In this document: in pieces, positions 1 through 9,445 of the stretch
Position numbering within the stretch: position 1 is the first letter of the stretch
Layout of the letters: each line of letters starts with the position of its first letter
NCBI GenBank assembly: GCA_965237905.1
Contig: OZ250172.1
Location: 96,001 to 160,000, forward strand
Direction: 5' to 3'
Source: Nitrospinaceae bacterium
GTDB taxonomy: Bacteria; Nitrospinota; Nitrospinia; Nitrospinales; Nitrospinaceae
Length of the DNA: 64,000 bases
Translations under genes and position numbers: made by a program
Notes under the pieces: generated by a model
Databases searched by the model: none
What the model was told of the DNA's origin: nothing
The model's input: the letters and a program-made list of their open reading frames with translations, nothing else

Positions 1-223
1 CGCTTCCGATGGCGAAAATGGGAATGGAGGGAAACTCGGATTCCGACACCAGTTTGGCCCGCCATTTGCCTCCCCAAGCCTCCACCTGCTGGCTGGAGGG
101 ACTGGGGATCGACCCAACCAATAACATGTCGCCATTGGGAGAGATGGACAACCCGCCGCCGGTACCCTCCACTGTGACAGGGCATTCTTTTCCTTCTTCA
201 AACGCTATATTTTGTTCGGTCAT
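1..223 (-). CDS. Hypothetical protein, 5' part (runs off the window edge)
   Basis: Minus-strand ATG at 223 with AGGA upstream; open frame MTEQNIAFEEGKECPVTVEGTGGGLSISPNGDMLLVGSIP... to position 1. Confidence 0.7.
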   Translation of the reverse strand, partial: MTEQNIAFEEGKECPVTVEGTGGGLSISPNGDMLLVGSIPSPSSQQVEAWGGKWRAKLVSESEFPSIPIFAIGS

Positions 224-401
224 GGTTCCTAATCCAAAATGTGGTTTCAAGGGTGCGTGATCCGCTATTTTCTAAAAATTCCATCTCTTCTGTCAATACT
301 TTAACACATGTCCCGGAAATGGCCTTGAGATCAGGCTTCGCTTCGGTTATGCTAGCGCGTCTTCTCTGGGGAGAGAACTATATAAACATAAAAAAAGTGT
401 T

Positions 402-1784
402 ATGAAAACCACATTAATCGGTCACGCCTGCCTTTTGTTCGAATCCCGAGAGACCACCCTGTTGTCGGACCCTTGTCTTTTCAGCCTGCATTTCGAGGAG
501 CTTAATTACTATTTTCCGAGGATGGAAATTCATCGGGATAAATTTCCCCGGCCGGATGCCGTTTATCTTTCCCACCGCCATCAGGACCATTTCGACATCC
601 GCACCCTGGCGTATTTACCGAAAGACCTGAAGATACTCTGTCCGGACGATCCCTTGATGCTGGAATGTTTGAAGGAGTTGGAATACACCGATGTGACCGT
701 GGTGAAGGATTTTGAAGCGGTTCAAGTCAAAAACCTGACCTTGATACCCACACCCTCCTTAAATCAGGATTATTATCCGGAGCATGGGTTGATCATTCAG
801 GATGAGGAGGTCAATGTCTGGAACCAGGTGGACACGGTTGTTTCCCCTGAGATCATAAAATATATTCATCGAATTTGCGGTCAGGTGGATTTCGCCTATG
901 TTCGCTTCGAGCCTCTGTTGGAGCAAAATTTTGCTTACAATAAGGATTCCGTTCTGCCATTTGATGAGTACAGTTCGTTTCTCAAAGTGGCCGGCGCGTT
1001 ATCGCCGAAATTCGCTGTTCCCGGTTCGGCGGGGGAGCACTTTTATGACCGCGCAGAGTTTCTCAATCATTTTGTATTTCCCGCGACGCAGGAGCAGTTC
1101 ATTATGGATTTGGAAGCGTTCTCGCCGGAGATTCGGTCCAGTACGTTCTATCCCGGAGACGTGGCTGAGATCAGTTCTGGAGGAGCCAAGATTCACCGGC
1201 AACAAACCGATCTGGTTACCCGACAGGAAGATGATATTTTCCGGACCGCTTTCAATCCGGTCTATGAAGTGCCGCGCATTCGCACCCTGACGGAAGATCC
1301 CGAACAACGGGCTAAAGAAAAGGATGCGGTAACCCATTTCATCGAAGGCGGCGCCTTTTTGGATAAGTTGAGCCAGTTAGATGTTATGGAGGGCTATAAG
1401 CATTGGGGCGTCGGCTATCGTCTGGAACTGTTCGACGAGGACAGCTCGGATATATGGAGTATCGATTTCAGCAAGCCCCCGGCAGTCCAGAAGGGATATT
1501 TTGGGGCGGTCAATCTTTACGAAGGAATCGGCTATTCAGAACTCTACCGGTTGATTCAGGGCGATACCAATTGGGATTTCGTCGGCGCTTCCGGGCAGTA
1601 CCGGACGTTTCACAATATTTACCGGGTGAGCCGGGGGAATTTTGAGTTCTATCCGCAGGAGAGAAAATTTCCCCAACCGCTACTGGAAGTGTTTCCGGCG
1701 GACCGGGAAATGGACCGCGAGAAATACCTGAAGGACGTCCGCCGCTGGAAAGGACAATTTGATGAGGCGGCCCGGCCAAAATGA
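402..1784 (+). CDS. Metallo-beta-lactamase-fold protein (UlaG/CMAH-like) with long C-terminal extension
   Basis: N-terminal GHAC, SDP and SHRHQDH (HxHxDH) motifs; 460 aa. Confidence 0.8.
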   Translation: MKTTLIGHACLLFESRETTLLSDPCLFSLHFEELNYYFPRMEIHRDKFPRPDAVYLSHRHQDHFDIRTLAYLPKDLKILCPDDPLMLECLKELEYTDVTVVKDFEAVQVKNLTLIPTPSLNQDYYPEHGLIIQDEEVNVWNQVDTVVSPEIIKYIHRICGQVDFAYVRFEPLLEQNFAYNKDSVLPFDEYSSFLKVAGALSPKFAVPGSAGEHFYDRAEFLNHFVFPATQEQFIMDLEAFSPEIRSSTFYPGDVAEISSGGAKIHRQQTDLVTRQEDDIFRTAFNPVYEVPRIRTLTEDPEQRAKEKDAVTHFIEGGAFLDKLSQLDVMEGYKHWGVGYRLELFDEDSSDIWSIDFSKPPAVQKGYFGAVNLYEGIGYSELYRLIQGDTNWDFVGASGQYRTFHNIYRVSRGNFEFYPQERKFPQPLLEVFPADREMDREKYLKDVRRWKGQFDEAARPK

Positions 1785-1794
1785 TTGATAATAA

Positions 1795-1823
1795 TTGACA
1801 GCACTCGTTGAACTCAGTAAACT
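1795..1823 (+). promoter_or_regulatory. sigma70-like promoter for tRNA-Met
   Basis: TTGACA-N17-TAAACT about 30 nt upstream of the tRNA. Confidence 0.65.
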
Positions 1824-1851
1824 TCGACACTTACACCAAATAATCAAATAA

Positions 1852-1928
1852 GGCGGTATAGCTCAGCTGGTTAGAGCGCACGGCTCATATCCGTGGTGTC
1901 CGGGGTTCAAGTCCCTGTACCGCCACCA
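1852..1928 (+). tRNA. tRNA-Met (CAT), probably elongator
   Basis: Cloverleaf GGCGGTA...TACCGCC-ACCA; anticodon arm CACGG-CTCATAT-CCGTG; GTTCAA T-loop; G1-C72 paired and no GGG/CCC anticodon stem, so not initiator; encoded CCA. Confidence 0.93.
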
Positions 1929-1933
1929 TTTTC

Positions 1934-1968
1934 AGGACTTGGATTTTTCGATCCAAGTCCTTTTTTTT
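1934..1968 (+). terminator. Intrinsic terminator after tRNA-Met
   Basis: AGGACTTGGAT-TTTTCG-ATCCAAGTCCT followed by a T run. Confidence 0.85.
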
Positions 1969-1972
1969 GTTT

Positions 1973-2617
1973 TTAAAATAGCCAGTAGCGAATTCCAAAC
2001 CGGATTTCGTGCGATCTGATATTCGAATTCTCAAGAAGATTGGTGGTATTGGCAAGCGTCAATTCCGCGTCCGTAATCGTATCGAAATACCGGTATTCTG
2101 CGGTCAGAGAAAAACTTTCTGTAACGTTGACCGCCGCGCCCGCCATAAGTTGATAGGAGTACACATCATCGCTATCATCCACCACCAGCGTACCGTCTAA
2201 CTCCTTCAAGTTTAAAGAAAACGTGCCATAGCCCACTCCGAGACCGGCATAAGGTGTGACGATACCCAAAAAGTCAAATTCCAAATAGCCGTTTAAAAAA
2301 ACGTGCGCCGAGCTCAAACTGCCGTCGGCCCCCTCCGAGCCGCCTGCATCAATGAACTTATCATTGGGGTTGTAGCGATAAACCGCTTCCACTTCTGCGC
2401 GAAGCATACCGAATTTAGCCCCCACTGCCAGGGCGCTGTTAAATCCCGTCTGAGTATTCAACTCAAGATCAGTGCCGGGGACGGTCGTTCCTTCATTAAT
2501 CGAAGCGGGCTGGGAACTGAAGCCGGCCTGGACCGCAAAGTATAATGTATCGGCCTGCGCCGGTGCGCTGATGAGCAAGATCAACACACCCAATAATCCG
2601 TAGATAGTTTTTTTCAT
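1973..2617 (-). CDS. Outer-membrane beta-barrel protein (OmpA-like/opacity-type porin)
   Basis: Signal peptide ending AQA; amphipathic strands (PYAGLGVGY, LTAEYRY); C-terminal aromatic GIRYWLF. Confidence 0.8.
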   Translation of the reverse strand: MKKTIYGLLGVLILLISAPAQADTLYFAVQAGFSSQPASINEGTTVPGTDLELNTQTGFNSALAVGAKFGMLRAEVEAVYRYNPNDKFIDAGGSEGADGSLSSAHVFLNGYLEFDFLGIVTPYAGLGVGYGTFSLNLKELDGTLVVDDSDDVYSYQLMAGAAVNVTESFSLTAEYRYFDTITDAELTLANTTNLLENSNIRSHEIRFGIRYWLF

Positions 2618-2733
2618 AAATGTCCCTTGTGAGTGGTGGCTTTATTCAAAAAATAACTAATTCATTCATATACAATAAGTTAAGGGCATGCCGATAATTT
2701 GTCAACCGGCAGGCTACATCTCATAGTTGATGG

Positions 2734-2778
2734 TTGACAAATAAGTGACCTTCCATAAAATGAGAACTGTTCTCATTT
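2734..2778 (+). promoter_or_regulatory. sigma70 promoter overlapped by a Fur-box-like palindrome
   Basis: TTGACA(2734)-N16-TAAAAT(2756); perfect AAATGAGAAC-T-GTTCTCATTT at 2758-2778. Confidence 0.7.
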
Positions 2779-2812
2779 CCATGAATATCGGTTTTTAATC
2801 GGATAACGCTCA

Positions 2813-3094
2813 ATGGATTCACCTCCCAACCCGGATGAAGAAATCATCTGCCAGTGTTTTCAGGTTTCGGACAAAACCATCAAGTCGTGTATCAAAGAAG
2901 GAAGCCTCAAGGAAATCGAGCAAGTCACTGAGGCTTGTGGCGCCGGGGGAGGGTGTCAATCCTGCCACATGTTGATCCAATTATTCATCGATCAACACCA
3001 TAATCCGGGAAAACCACCCGAGCCTAAGAATAAGGATAAGGAAGGCGGCGTTAAAAAGCGCGGGATTTTCAGCAAATTGTTTCAACGGTATTAA
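2813..3094 (+). CDS. BFD-like [2Fe-2S]-binding protein
   Basis: ICQC...CGAGGGCQSC pattern of bacterioferritin-associated ferredoxin. Confidence 0.85.
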   Translation: MDSPPNPDEEIICQCFQVSDKTIKSCIKEGSLKEIEQVTEACGAGGGCQSCHMLIQLFIDQHHNPGKPPEPKNKDKEGGVKKRGIFSKLFQRY

Positions 3095-3126
3095 TTTTCC
3101 TTTCCACCCATGCCCAGAGAAATCTT

Positions 3127-4311
3127 ATGAAAGTCGCTTATTTTGATTGTCATTCCGGTATCAGCGGAGACATGATCCTGGGTGCTCTGGTAGATGCTGG
3201 CGTGGATCTCAAAACGATCCGCAAGGGGCTGACTTCTCTTGGGCTCAAGGGTTATGAATTAAAATCCCGGCGAGTCAAGCGGGGCCTGTTCGGTGGAACC
3301 AAAGTCGACGTCGTTTTATCCCCCAAAGCCCATATCCATTCCCGAACCTTCACCGATATCGAAAAATTACTCAAACGCTCCAAACTCCCCAAATCGGTGA
3401 TCGAAGATTCCATGGAAATTTTTCTGAGACTGGGCAAAGCCGAGGCCAAGGTGCATCGCACCACGATCGATAAAGTTCATTTTCATGAAGTCGGGGCGGT
3501 TGACTCGATTGTCGATATTGTCGGTGGAGTCATCGGCATCCAGGAACTCAATGTCAGTCAGGTTCTGGCGTCGCCGTTGAATATGGGAGAAGGCACGGTG
3601 AAATGCGAGCATGGGGTTCTTCCGGTGCCGGCGCCGGCCACGTTGGAGTTGTTGAAAGGCATTCCCTGTTACTCCAGCGGAATCCCGTACGAGTTAACCA
3701 CACCCACGGGAGCGGCCATGATCGGGTTTTGGGCCGAAGCCTTTCAATCCTTACCCCTGATGAAGATTCAAAAATCCGGTTACGGCGCGGGAAGCCATGT
3801 CATTAAAGAGCATGCCAATTTGTTAAGAATCATCGTGGGTGAGGCGGAAGGAAAGAGCGGTGGCAAAATCGCACTGGTGGAGACCAATATCGATGACATG
3901 AATCCGGAGTTTTACGATCACATCATGGAACAGCTGTTTTCCGCCGGAGCCTTGGATGTGTTTTATACATCCGTGATGATGAAGAAAAACCGTCCTGCCG
4001 TAAAAATTTCCGTGTTGGCCCCGCCCGCCAAACGGGAAGCTGTGTCACATATCCTGTTGACCGAAACCTCTACCTTCGGCATCCGCTTCACAGAAATGGA
4101 TCGGATCATCCTCGACCGGCAACACATGGAGGTACAAACTCCTTATGGCAAGGTTGCGGTGAAGGTGGGAAGCATGGACGGCCAGGTGATGCACTTCTCG
4201 CCGGAGTACGAAAGCTGTAAACAGATCGCCCGGAAAAAAAAGATTCCCGTCAAAATGATTTACGACACGGTTATGCAATCAGCAGAAAAAAAATTAAAGG
4301 GAGGGAATTAA
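3127..4311 (+). CDS. larC: Nickel-pincer cofactor biosynthesis protein LarC
   Basis: YFDCHSGISGDMILGAL, VHFHEVGAVDSIVD, PVPAPAT, ELTTPTGAA, ETNIDD, MKKNRP, ETSTFGIR. Confidence 0.93.
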   Translation: MKVAYFDCHSGISGDMILGALVDAGVDLKTIRKGLTSLGLKGYELKSRRVKRGLFGGTKVDVVLSPKAHIHSRTFTDIEKLLKRSKLPKSVIEDSMEIFLRLGKAEAKVHRTTIDKVHFHEVGAVDSIVDIVGGVIGIQELNVSQVLASPLNMGEGTVKCEHGVLPVPAPATLELLKGIPCYSSGIPYELTTPTGAAMIGFWAEAFQSLPLMKIQKSGYGAGSHVIKEHANLLRIIVGEAEGKSGGKIALVETNIDDMNPEFYDHIMEQLFSAGALDVFYTSVMMKKNRPAVKISVLAPPAKREAVSHILLTETSTFGIRFTEMDRIILDRQHMEVQTPYGKVAVKVGSMDGQVMHFSPEYESCKQIARKKKIPVKMIYDTVMQSAEKKLKGGN

Positions 4312-4329
4312 GGAGAGGGAGAGGGGAGA

Positions 4330-4608
4330 CTAAACACCCAGTTTTTTGAGGCATTCCTCGTAATGCTTTTGGTACATGATGTCCCATTCGGGGGTGCCTT
4401 CGCGAATTTTTTTCTCTTTGTAGGAAGCGATGATTTTGCGGGCCTCGGCATCGGCCCTGTCGTCCAGCTGTAATTCTTCCGTCATAACGCGCGTGATCTC
4501 CAGGCGCACGTCGTTCAAATCCATTTTATAATCCAGCTCTTCACGATTTTCGAAATCGTTGACGATCAGACTGCTGATGTGGTTGATTTTGTCCCGGCTC
4601 AGTTTCAT
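4330..4608 (-). CDS. DUF507-family protein
   Basis: MKLSRDKINHIS...EGTPEWDIMYQK; tandem with a paralog. Confidence 0.7.
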   Translation of the reverse strand: MKLSRDKINHISSLIVNDFENREELDYKMDLNDVRLEITRVMTEELQLDDRADAEARKIIASYKEKKIREGTPEWDIMYQKHYEECLKKLGV

Positions 4609-4617
4609 AACAATTTT

Positions 4618-4899
4618 TTAAAGAATGAGACCCCGTTCGCGCGCCAGTTTGGTTTTCACCATTTGAAAGACCCGGCCGTAATCCATCATATCCCTTTCAT
4701 ACTCCTTGGTCCGGGAGTCGATGAGTAGTTTGACTTCTTCGTTCAACTTGTCTTCCACCATTAAATCTTGGGTAATGATATCGTTCACGATGGCCTCCAG
4801 TTTTTCAGGACGATCCTCCCAGACGAGGTAATCTCCTTCAATCAGAGCAACCACAACTTTTTTTGCGACTCGGTCAAGCAGTTCTTTTTGAATTCTCAT
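4618..4899 (-). CDS. DUF507-family protein
   Basis: EDKLNEEVK...FQMVKTKLARERGLIL. Confidence 0.75.
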   Translation of the reverse strand: MRIQKELLDRVAKKVVVALIEGDYLVWEDRPEKLEAIVNDIITQDLMVEDKLNEEVKLLIDSRTKEYERDMMDYGRVFQMVKTKLARERGLIL

Positions 4900-4929
4900 A
4901 GAAGAATGAAACCATCCGTTAATTTAGAG

Positions 4930-5002
<73 letters not shown>

Positions 5003-5014
5003 ATCGTTCGCTGG

Positions 5015-5194
5015 TCAACCTTTTCCCAGAATCATAATCAGGTAGTCGGAGGAGGTTTGAATTTCCAAAATTTCCAAACCCTGGCTACGGACTTCCTGGA
5101 TCGCTTTGCCCACCATCTTTTCGATGGCTTCGGCGCTTTCTTCATTGATGTTGAGCGCCTTGACGCCGGTGATTTTTTTCCCATCTGAAGTCAT
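5015..5194 (-). CDS. Small hypothetical protein, 59 aa (below the ORF-track cutoff)
   Basis: MTSDGKKITGVKALNINEESAEAIEKMVGKAIQEVRSQGLEILEIQTSSDYLIMILGKG*; GGGGG upstream of ATG; ends 12 nt before tRNA-Gly. Confidence 0.7.
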   Translation of the reverse strand: MTSDGKKITGVKALNINEESAEAIEKMVGKAIQEVRSQGLEILEIQTSSDYLIMILGKG

Positions 5195-5544
5195 CCAATA
5201 ACCCCCGCTTGGTCTAATCTATTGAAATTAAAGGATATTATTTGACCAGACCGTATTAATCAACCGCCTCCAGAAATACCTGACGCATTATCCAGCATTT
5301 CAAATGCTTAATCAAATATTATAATATTTCGAAGTTCACCCGATAAGGTATGAAAATTCCAAGAGGTTAAACCGGTATTGTAATCAATTCGGTATTTGAG
5401 TAATATGTGGCACCGCGAAGAAATGGGGTTTTGAATCAGGAATACTTCGATCCCACTGTTATTTTTGCAAAACTCTCAAATTATGTAATCTTCCACAAGG
5501 CCCTTTTTAGTTAGAAGGGCCTTATGTTTAATCGTGAAAGCTGA

Positions 5545-6405
5545 ATGGCTGAAAAATTAAAATTTACTGAAAAAGTCCCCATCTCCTCTCACCTGATTGA
5601 GTTGAAGAACCGGATGATTAAGGTCGCCATTGTGTTGGCCTTTTTCTTCGGGCTGTGTTTTTATTTCAAGGATTTCCTGCTTTTATGGTTGGAAGACCCT
5701 CGACCTAATAGATTAACCAATAAGCTTACTTTCATCGCCCCTACGGAAGCCTTTTTCGCACATATGAAGGTGTCCTTCATGGGATCTCTCTTTATTTCCA
5801 TGCCTTATATTCTGTACCATGTCTGGTTTTTCATCTCGCCGGGGCTCAAGGTCAAAGAAAAAAAGATCACCATGATGTTCGTTGTTTTCGGGACTTTCTT
5901 TTTCCTGTTTGGCGGAGTGTTCTGTTATTTCCTGGTCCTGCCTCTCGGCCTCAAATTCCTGATTGGTTATGGATCAGACTGGTATGAGCCGTTTGTCACC
6001 ATTCAGCGGTATTTCGATTTTGTGGTGAAACTGATCCTGGCGTTTGCGTTTGCCTTTCAGACTCCACTGGTCATGGTTTTGCTGACCAAATTCGGAATCA
6101 TCAACACCATCAAAATGCGGATGTACCGGAAATGGGCGTTCCTCGGGGCTTTTGGCCTGGCCGCCGTGCTCACCCCTCCAGATATCATCACCCAAGTGCT
6201 TCTTGGATTTCCGTTGTATCTGCTTTACGAATTTGGCGTAGTGGTTTCCGCGTTTTTTGAAGACCCGAAGCAGAGAGAGCAGGTTATCAAACAAATGCAA
6301 CTGCAGAAAGAAATGAAGAAGGCCAAGAAGGAAGCCGCGATGAAAACCACCAGCATCAAGAAAAAAGTCAAGAAGACGGTCAAACCCAAGAAAAAAGCAG
6401 GCTGA
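5545..6405 (+). CDS. tatC: Twin-arginine translocase subunit TatC
   Basis: HLIELKNR, PTEAF, FISPGL, AFQTP, LTPPD...LYE; six TM segments. Confidence 0.95.
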   Translation: MAEKLKFTEKVPISSHLIELKNRMIKVAIVLAFFFGLCFYFKDFLLLWLEDPRPNRLTNKLTFIAPTEAFFAHMKVSFMGSLFISMPYILYHVWFFISPGLKVKEKKITMMFVVFGTFFFLFGGVFCYFLVLPLGLKFLIGYGSDWYEPFVTIQRYFDFVVKLILAFAFAFQTPLVMVLLTKFGIINTIKMRMYRKWAFLGAFGLAAVLTPPDIITQVLLGFPLYLLYEFGVVVSAFFEDPKQREQVIKQMQLQKEMKKAKKEAAMKTTSIKKKVKKTVKPKKKAG

Positions 6406-6425
6406 TTTTCCCTTCATTTAAGTCC

Positions 6426-7127
6426 CTAGAATAGAAATCCCAACAAAGTAAAAACTTTTGGATAGTGGTGTGCCAGCAACCAGCCGGCAGAGTGGCAGGC
6501 GATCTGGAAGATCAGGGGAGCCACCAGCGATCCGGTGAGCCAATAAAACGAGGAAGTAATAAGTCCAAGCAGAAACATTCCCAATTGAAGATCAAAGTGG
6601 ACCAGGGCGAATATCAATCCCCCCAGGTAAACAGCGAGCGCCGGTTTGCTGTTGCGAATCAGCGCCTGGAGTACGTATCCGGTTAAAAATCCCTGTTCAG
6701 CCAACGTAATAAAAATCGTCGGTATGATAAAGGCAATAAATGAAGAGTTTCCGTCCGGCTCGTGGGAGAGTCTTTGGTCCGCTCCGGAAAACAATTCGGT
6801 CTGATCCAAGCCGGATATCCCGATAAAGAGCTCCAGCAAGGGAACCATTCCGACCACCAGTCCCCCCGCCAGGCACCCCAACATCAGATTTTGTTTCCAA
6901 TGCTCCTTATGAAAACCCAATTGTTGCCACGTCGCGTAACGGGCAAGAGTAAGAAACAACACCGTTATTCCAAAATAGGCCGGGTAGATAGCGGGAGCCC
7001 ATTTTTGAGCTTGCGGGAAAATGATGTGGATCACTGGAAATAATACGCAGGAGTACACCGCAAGGGTGCCCACCGGTCCCTTCAATCCCCAGGTTCCTTT
7101 GAAATCGGTTCGTTTAAGCATCCGCAT
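6426..7127 (-). CDS. CPBP/Abi (CAAX-protease-like) intramembrane protein
   Basis: Multi-TM; AEQxxxxG, FALVH and TGSL...IACH motifs (degenerate EExxxR). Confidence 0.7.
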   Translation of the reverse strand: MRMLKRTDFKGTWGLKGPVGTLAVYSCVLFPVIHIIFPQAQKWAPAIYPAYFGITVLFLTLARYATWQQLGFHKEHWKQNLMLGCLAGGLVVGMVPLLELFIGISGLDQTELFSGADQRLSHEPDGNSSFIAFIIPTIFITLAEQGFLTGYVLQALIRNSKPALAVYLGGLIFALVHFDLQLGMFLLGLITSSFYWLTGSLVAPLIFQIACHSAGWLLAHHYPKVFTLLGFLF

Positions 7128-7236
7128 TCATAAATTCGGCCATTAATTCGAGGGTTGGTTTTAGGGCAAACTCAATTCCTTTTCGTGATATTATACTCGG
7201 CTTTAATACACCGGAAAGTCAATAGGAGGCTGTATC

Positions 7237-8124
7237 GTGGAAGTGAGCATATCCGCCTGGCGGGAGCAGGGCCTGTCGGATAGCGAAATTAAAAAGAAAA
7301 TCGTTCTCTCCAAGCATAATTTGGTGAACAGCGATCTGAGTGAAGCCAGTATCAAGGGAGCCAACCTTTCACAGGGGAATCTCATGCGCGCCAATATGAG
7401 AAAAGCGGATCTGACGGAAGTGGATTTTCGGGGCGCCGACATGATGGGAACTCTTTTTGAAGGGAGCAATTTGACCGGTGCCTTATTTATCGGTAACCAT
7501 ATGACCCAGGCAGTGTTTAATGAAGCGCGGCTTGATCGGACCAACCTGAGCGGAACCAATCTGGCCAATTCCATTTTTAAGTGGGCAAAAATGACAGGCG
7601 CTGTTTTTACCAAAGCCGTCATGACCAAGGTCTTACTCACGGGTACCGAAATGGATCAGACCAATTTCACCAAGGTCGACATGACCCATAGTAGTTTGCG
7701 TGAAGCGGTGATCAAGGGCACGCAATTTAATTTTGCCAAATGCATCCGCACGGATTTCGGCGAAACAGAAATTGAGGGAAGCGATTTTTTCCAGGCCAAT
7801 CTCGGCCAAGCCGACTTCAGAGTGTCCACGATCTCCCAAACCAAATTTATCGGGGCCAATTTAAGCCAGTCCAATTTTACCAGCGCAGAATTGGATGAAG
7901 TAAATTTTACAGACTGCAATCTGGATCAGGTGGACTTCACCGACGCGGCATTACAGGGAGTGATTTTTAAGGGAGCCCAATTGACCGGTGCAAATCTCGA
8001 ATCCATCCTCAACCTTTCCCCGGATCAGATCAATTCCGCCAAAATCGATAAATTCACCAAGCTCCCGCCTCATCTGGAAGTGACCTGGCAAGGCAAAAAG
8101 TTTGAATGCAAAGAGCGATCCTGA
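7237..8124 (+). CDS. Pentapeptide-repeat protein
   Basis: Continuous A(D/N)LxX-type repeats (ANLSQ, ADLTE, ANLGQ, ADFRV). Confidence 0.92.
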   Translation: MEVSISAWREQGLSDSEIKKKIVLSKHNLVNSDLSEASIKGANLSQGNLMRANMRKADLTEVDFRGADMMGTLFEGSNLTGALFIGNHMTQAVFNEARLDRTNLSGTNLANSIFKWAKMTGAVFTKAVMTKVLLTGTEMDQTNFTKVDMTHSSLREAVIKGTQFNFAKCIRTDFGETEIEGSDFFQANLGQADFRVSTISQTKFIGANLSQSNFTSAELDEVNFTDCNLDQVDFTDAALQGVIFKGAQLTGANLESILNLSPDQINSAKIDKFTKLPPHLEVTWQGKKFECKERS

Positions 8125-8224
8125 TGAACTGCAGTTCAATTTTCAGATAAACCCATTACAATTAAAATATTAAATTTATTCATCCTCTTCCTGATTTGGA
8201 GAGGTTTCTTTCTGGACCTTTATA

Positions 8225-8602
8225 ATGGTCGAAAAAAGCATCGTCAACTCCATTAGATATGGCCGCGAGCAGGAAGTACGCCAATGGCTTAAAACGCATC
8301 GGGACACTGAAGAACTCAGCCGGCTCCTTTTGAAAGCGGCCTACAGTCCAAATCAGAACGGTGAAATTATCGAAATGCTGCTTGCGTCAGGCGCGGACCC
8401 CAATTATGTGGATGAAACCGGCTATTATTATCCACAGGGACCTTCTTTATCCGTTGCCGCCAGTTTTGGGTGCATGGAAACCGTCAAGCTTCTGATTGAG
8501 GCGGGTGCCGACCCCTATATCAAAGATCGTGGCGACGAGACCCCCCTCGACACCGCTTCTGACGAATCTATAAAATTAATATTATTGGGTAAAACCCCTT
8601 AA
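8225..8602 (+). CDS. Ankyrin-repeat protein
   Basis: LLASGADPN, VKLLIEAGADP, ETPLDTA. Confidence 0.85.
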   Translation: MVEKSIVNSIRYGREQEVRQWLKTHRDTEELSRLLLKAAYSPNQNGEIIEMLLASGADPNYVDETGYYYPQGPSLSVAASFGCMETVKLLIEAGADPYIKDRGDETPLDTASDESIKLILLGKTP

Positions 8603-8735
8603 GCCTTTCAGAGAAACTGGAATTAAAATCAATTTTTTCAATGGCTTGAATATTATATACTACCAGCCATTTGCCACCAATCTCTGATCGAGAGAAACCG
8701 GCTCCAAAGGAATCAGAAATCCTCTATAGCCGGAG

Positions 8736-8764
8736 TTGACAAGCCCGAGGGTTTTTTCTACTAT
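8736..8764 (+). promoter_or_regulatory. sigma70 promoter for rpiB-glyA-nrdR, giving a leader of about 190 nt
   Basis: TTGACA-N17-TACTAT. Confidence 0.7.
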
Positions 8765-8964
8765 CCATAGCTGAGAGCTTTTTCCATGGAATCCAGGCCC
8801 GTAGAATCGGTATCGGGCGCTCACGGACGCCTCCCGTTTAAGAACCATTGTCATTCTTTTCCAAACTTGAGACCATTCATCTCAGGAACTCCACTCACGG
8901 TTATTCGAATTGACGGTGATCGGGTCCATTCGAGGGTTACCCGATACAGGAACTATAGAAACAT

Positions 8965-9444
8965 ATGAACAGAGATTCAAAGATTGGCAAAATCGTTATT
9001 GCCTCCGACCATGCAGGTTTTGAGTTAAAAGAAAGCATCAGGGAGTGCCTGCAAGGGGATGGTATCTCGATCGAGGATTTGGGACCCGACAATTCCGACC
9101 GGGTGGATTACCCCGATTATGGAATCAAACTTGCCAAAGCGGTTTCGGATGATGAAAACCTGAACGGCATCGTGATTTGCGGAACCGGCATCGGCATGTC
9201 CATCGTGGTCAACCGGTTCCCGAAAGTCCGTGGAACCCTGTGCTCGGATGTCTACACCGCCAAACTGTGCCGACAGCATAACGACTCCAATGTTCTGATT
9301 CTTGGAGGCCGCGTGGTGGGCAAGGGGTTGGCCCATGAAATCGTCACTACCTGGCTGGAAACTCCGTTTGAAGGCGGCCGCCATAGTGAACGCCTGAAAA
9401 AAATAGACCATATCGAAAACATGTTAATCAAGGGAGAACTGTAA
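8965..9444 (+). CDS. rpiB: Ribose-5-phosphate isomerase B
   Basis: ASDHAG, VDYPD, CGTGIG, HNDSN, FEGGRH. Confidence 0.96.
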   Translation: MNRDSKIGKIVIASDHAGFELKESIRECLQGDGISIEDLGPDNSDRVDYPDYGIKLAKAVSDDENLNGIVICGTGIGMSIVVNRFPKVRGTLCSDVYTAKLCRQHNDSNVLILGGRVVGKGLAHEIVTTWLETPFEGGRHSERLKKIDHIENMLIKGEL

Positions 9445-9445
9445 A

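Noticed and set aside
9..260. 83-aa + strand ORF
   Set aside because: Shadow of a better minus-strand gene starting at 223 with an RBS.
5497..5523. Strong hairpin upstream of tatC
   Set aside because: Real inverted repeat, but most simply a 5' stabilising stem; nothing further supports a regulatory role.
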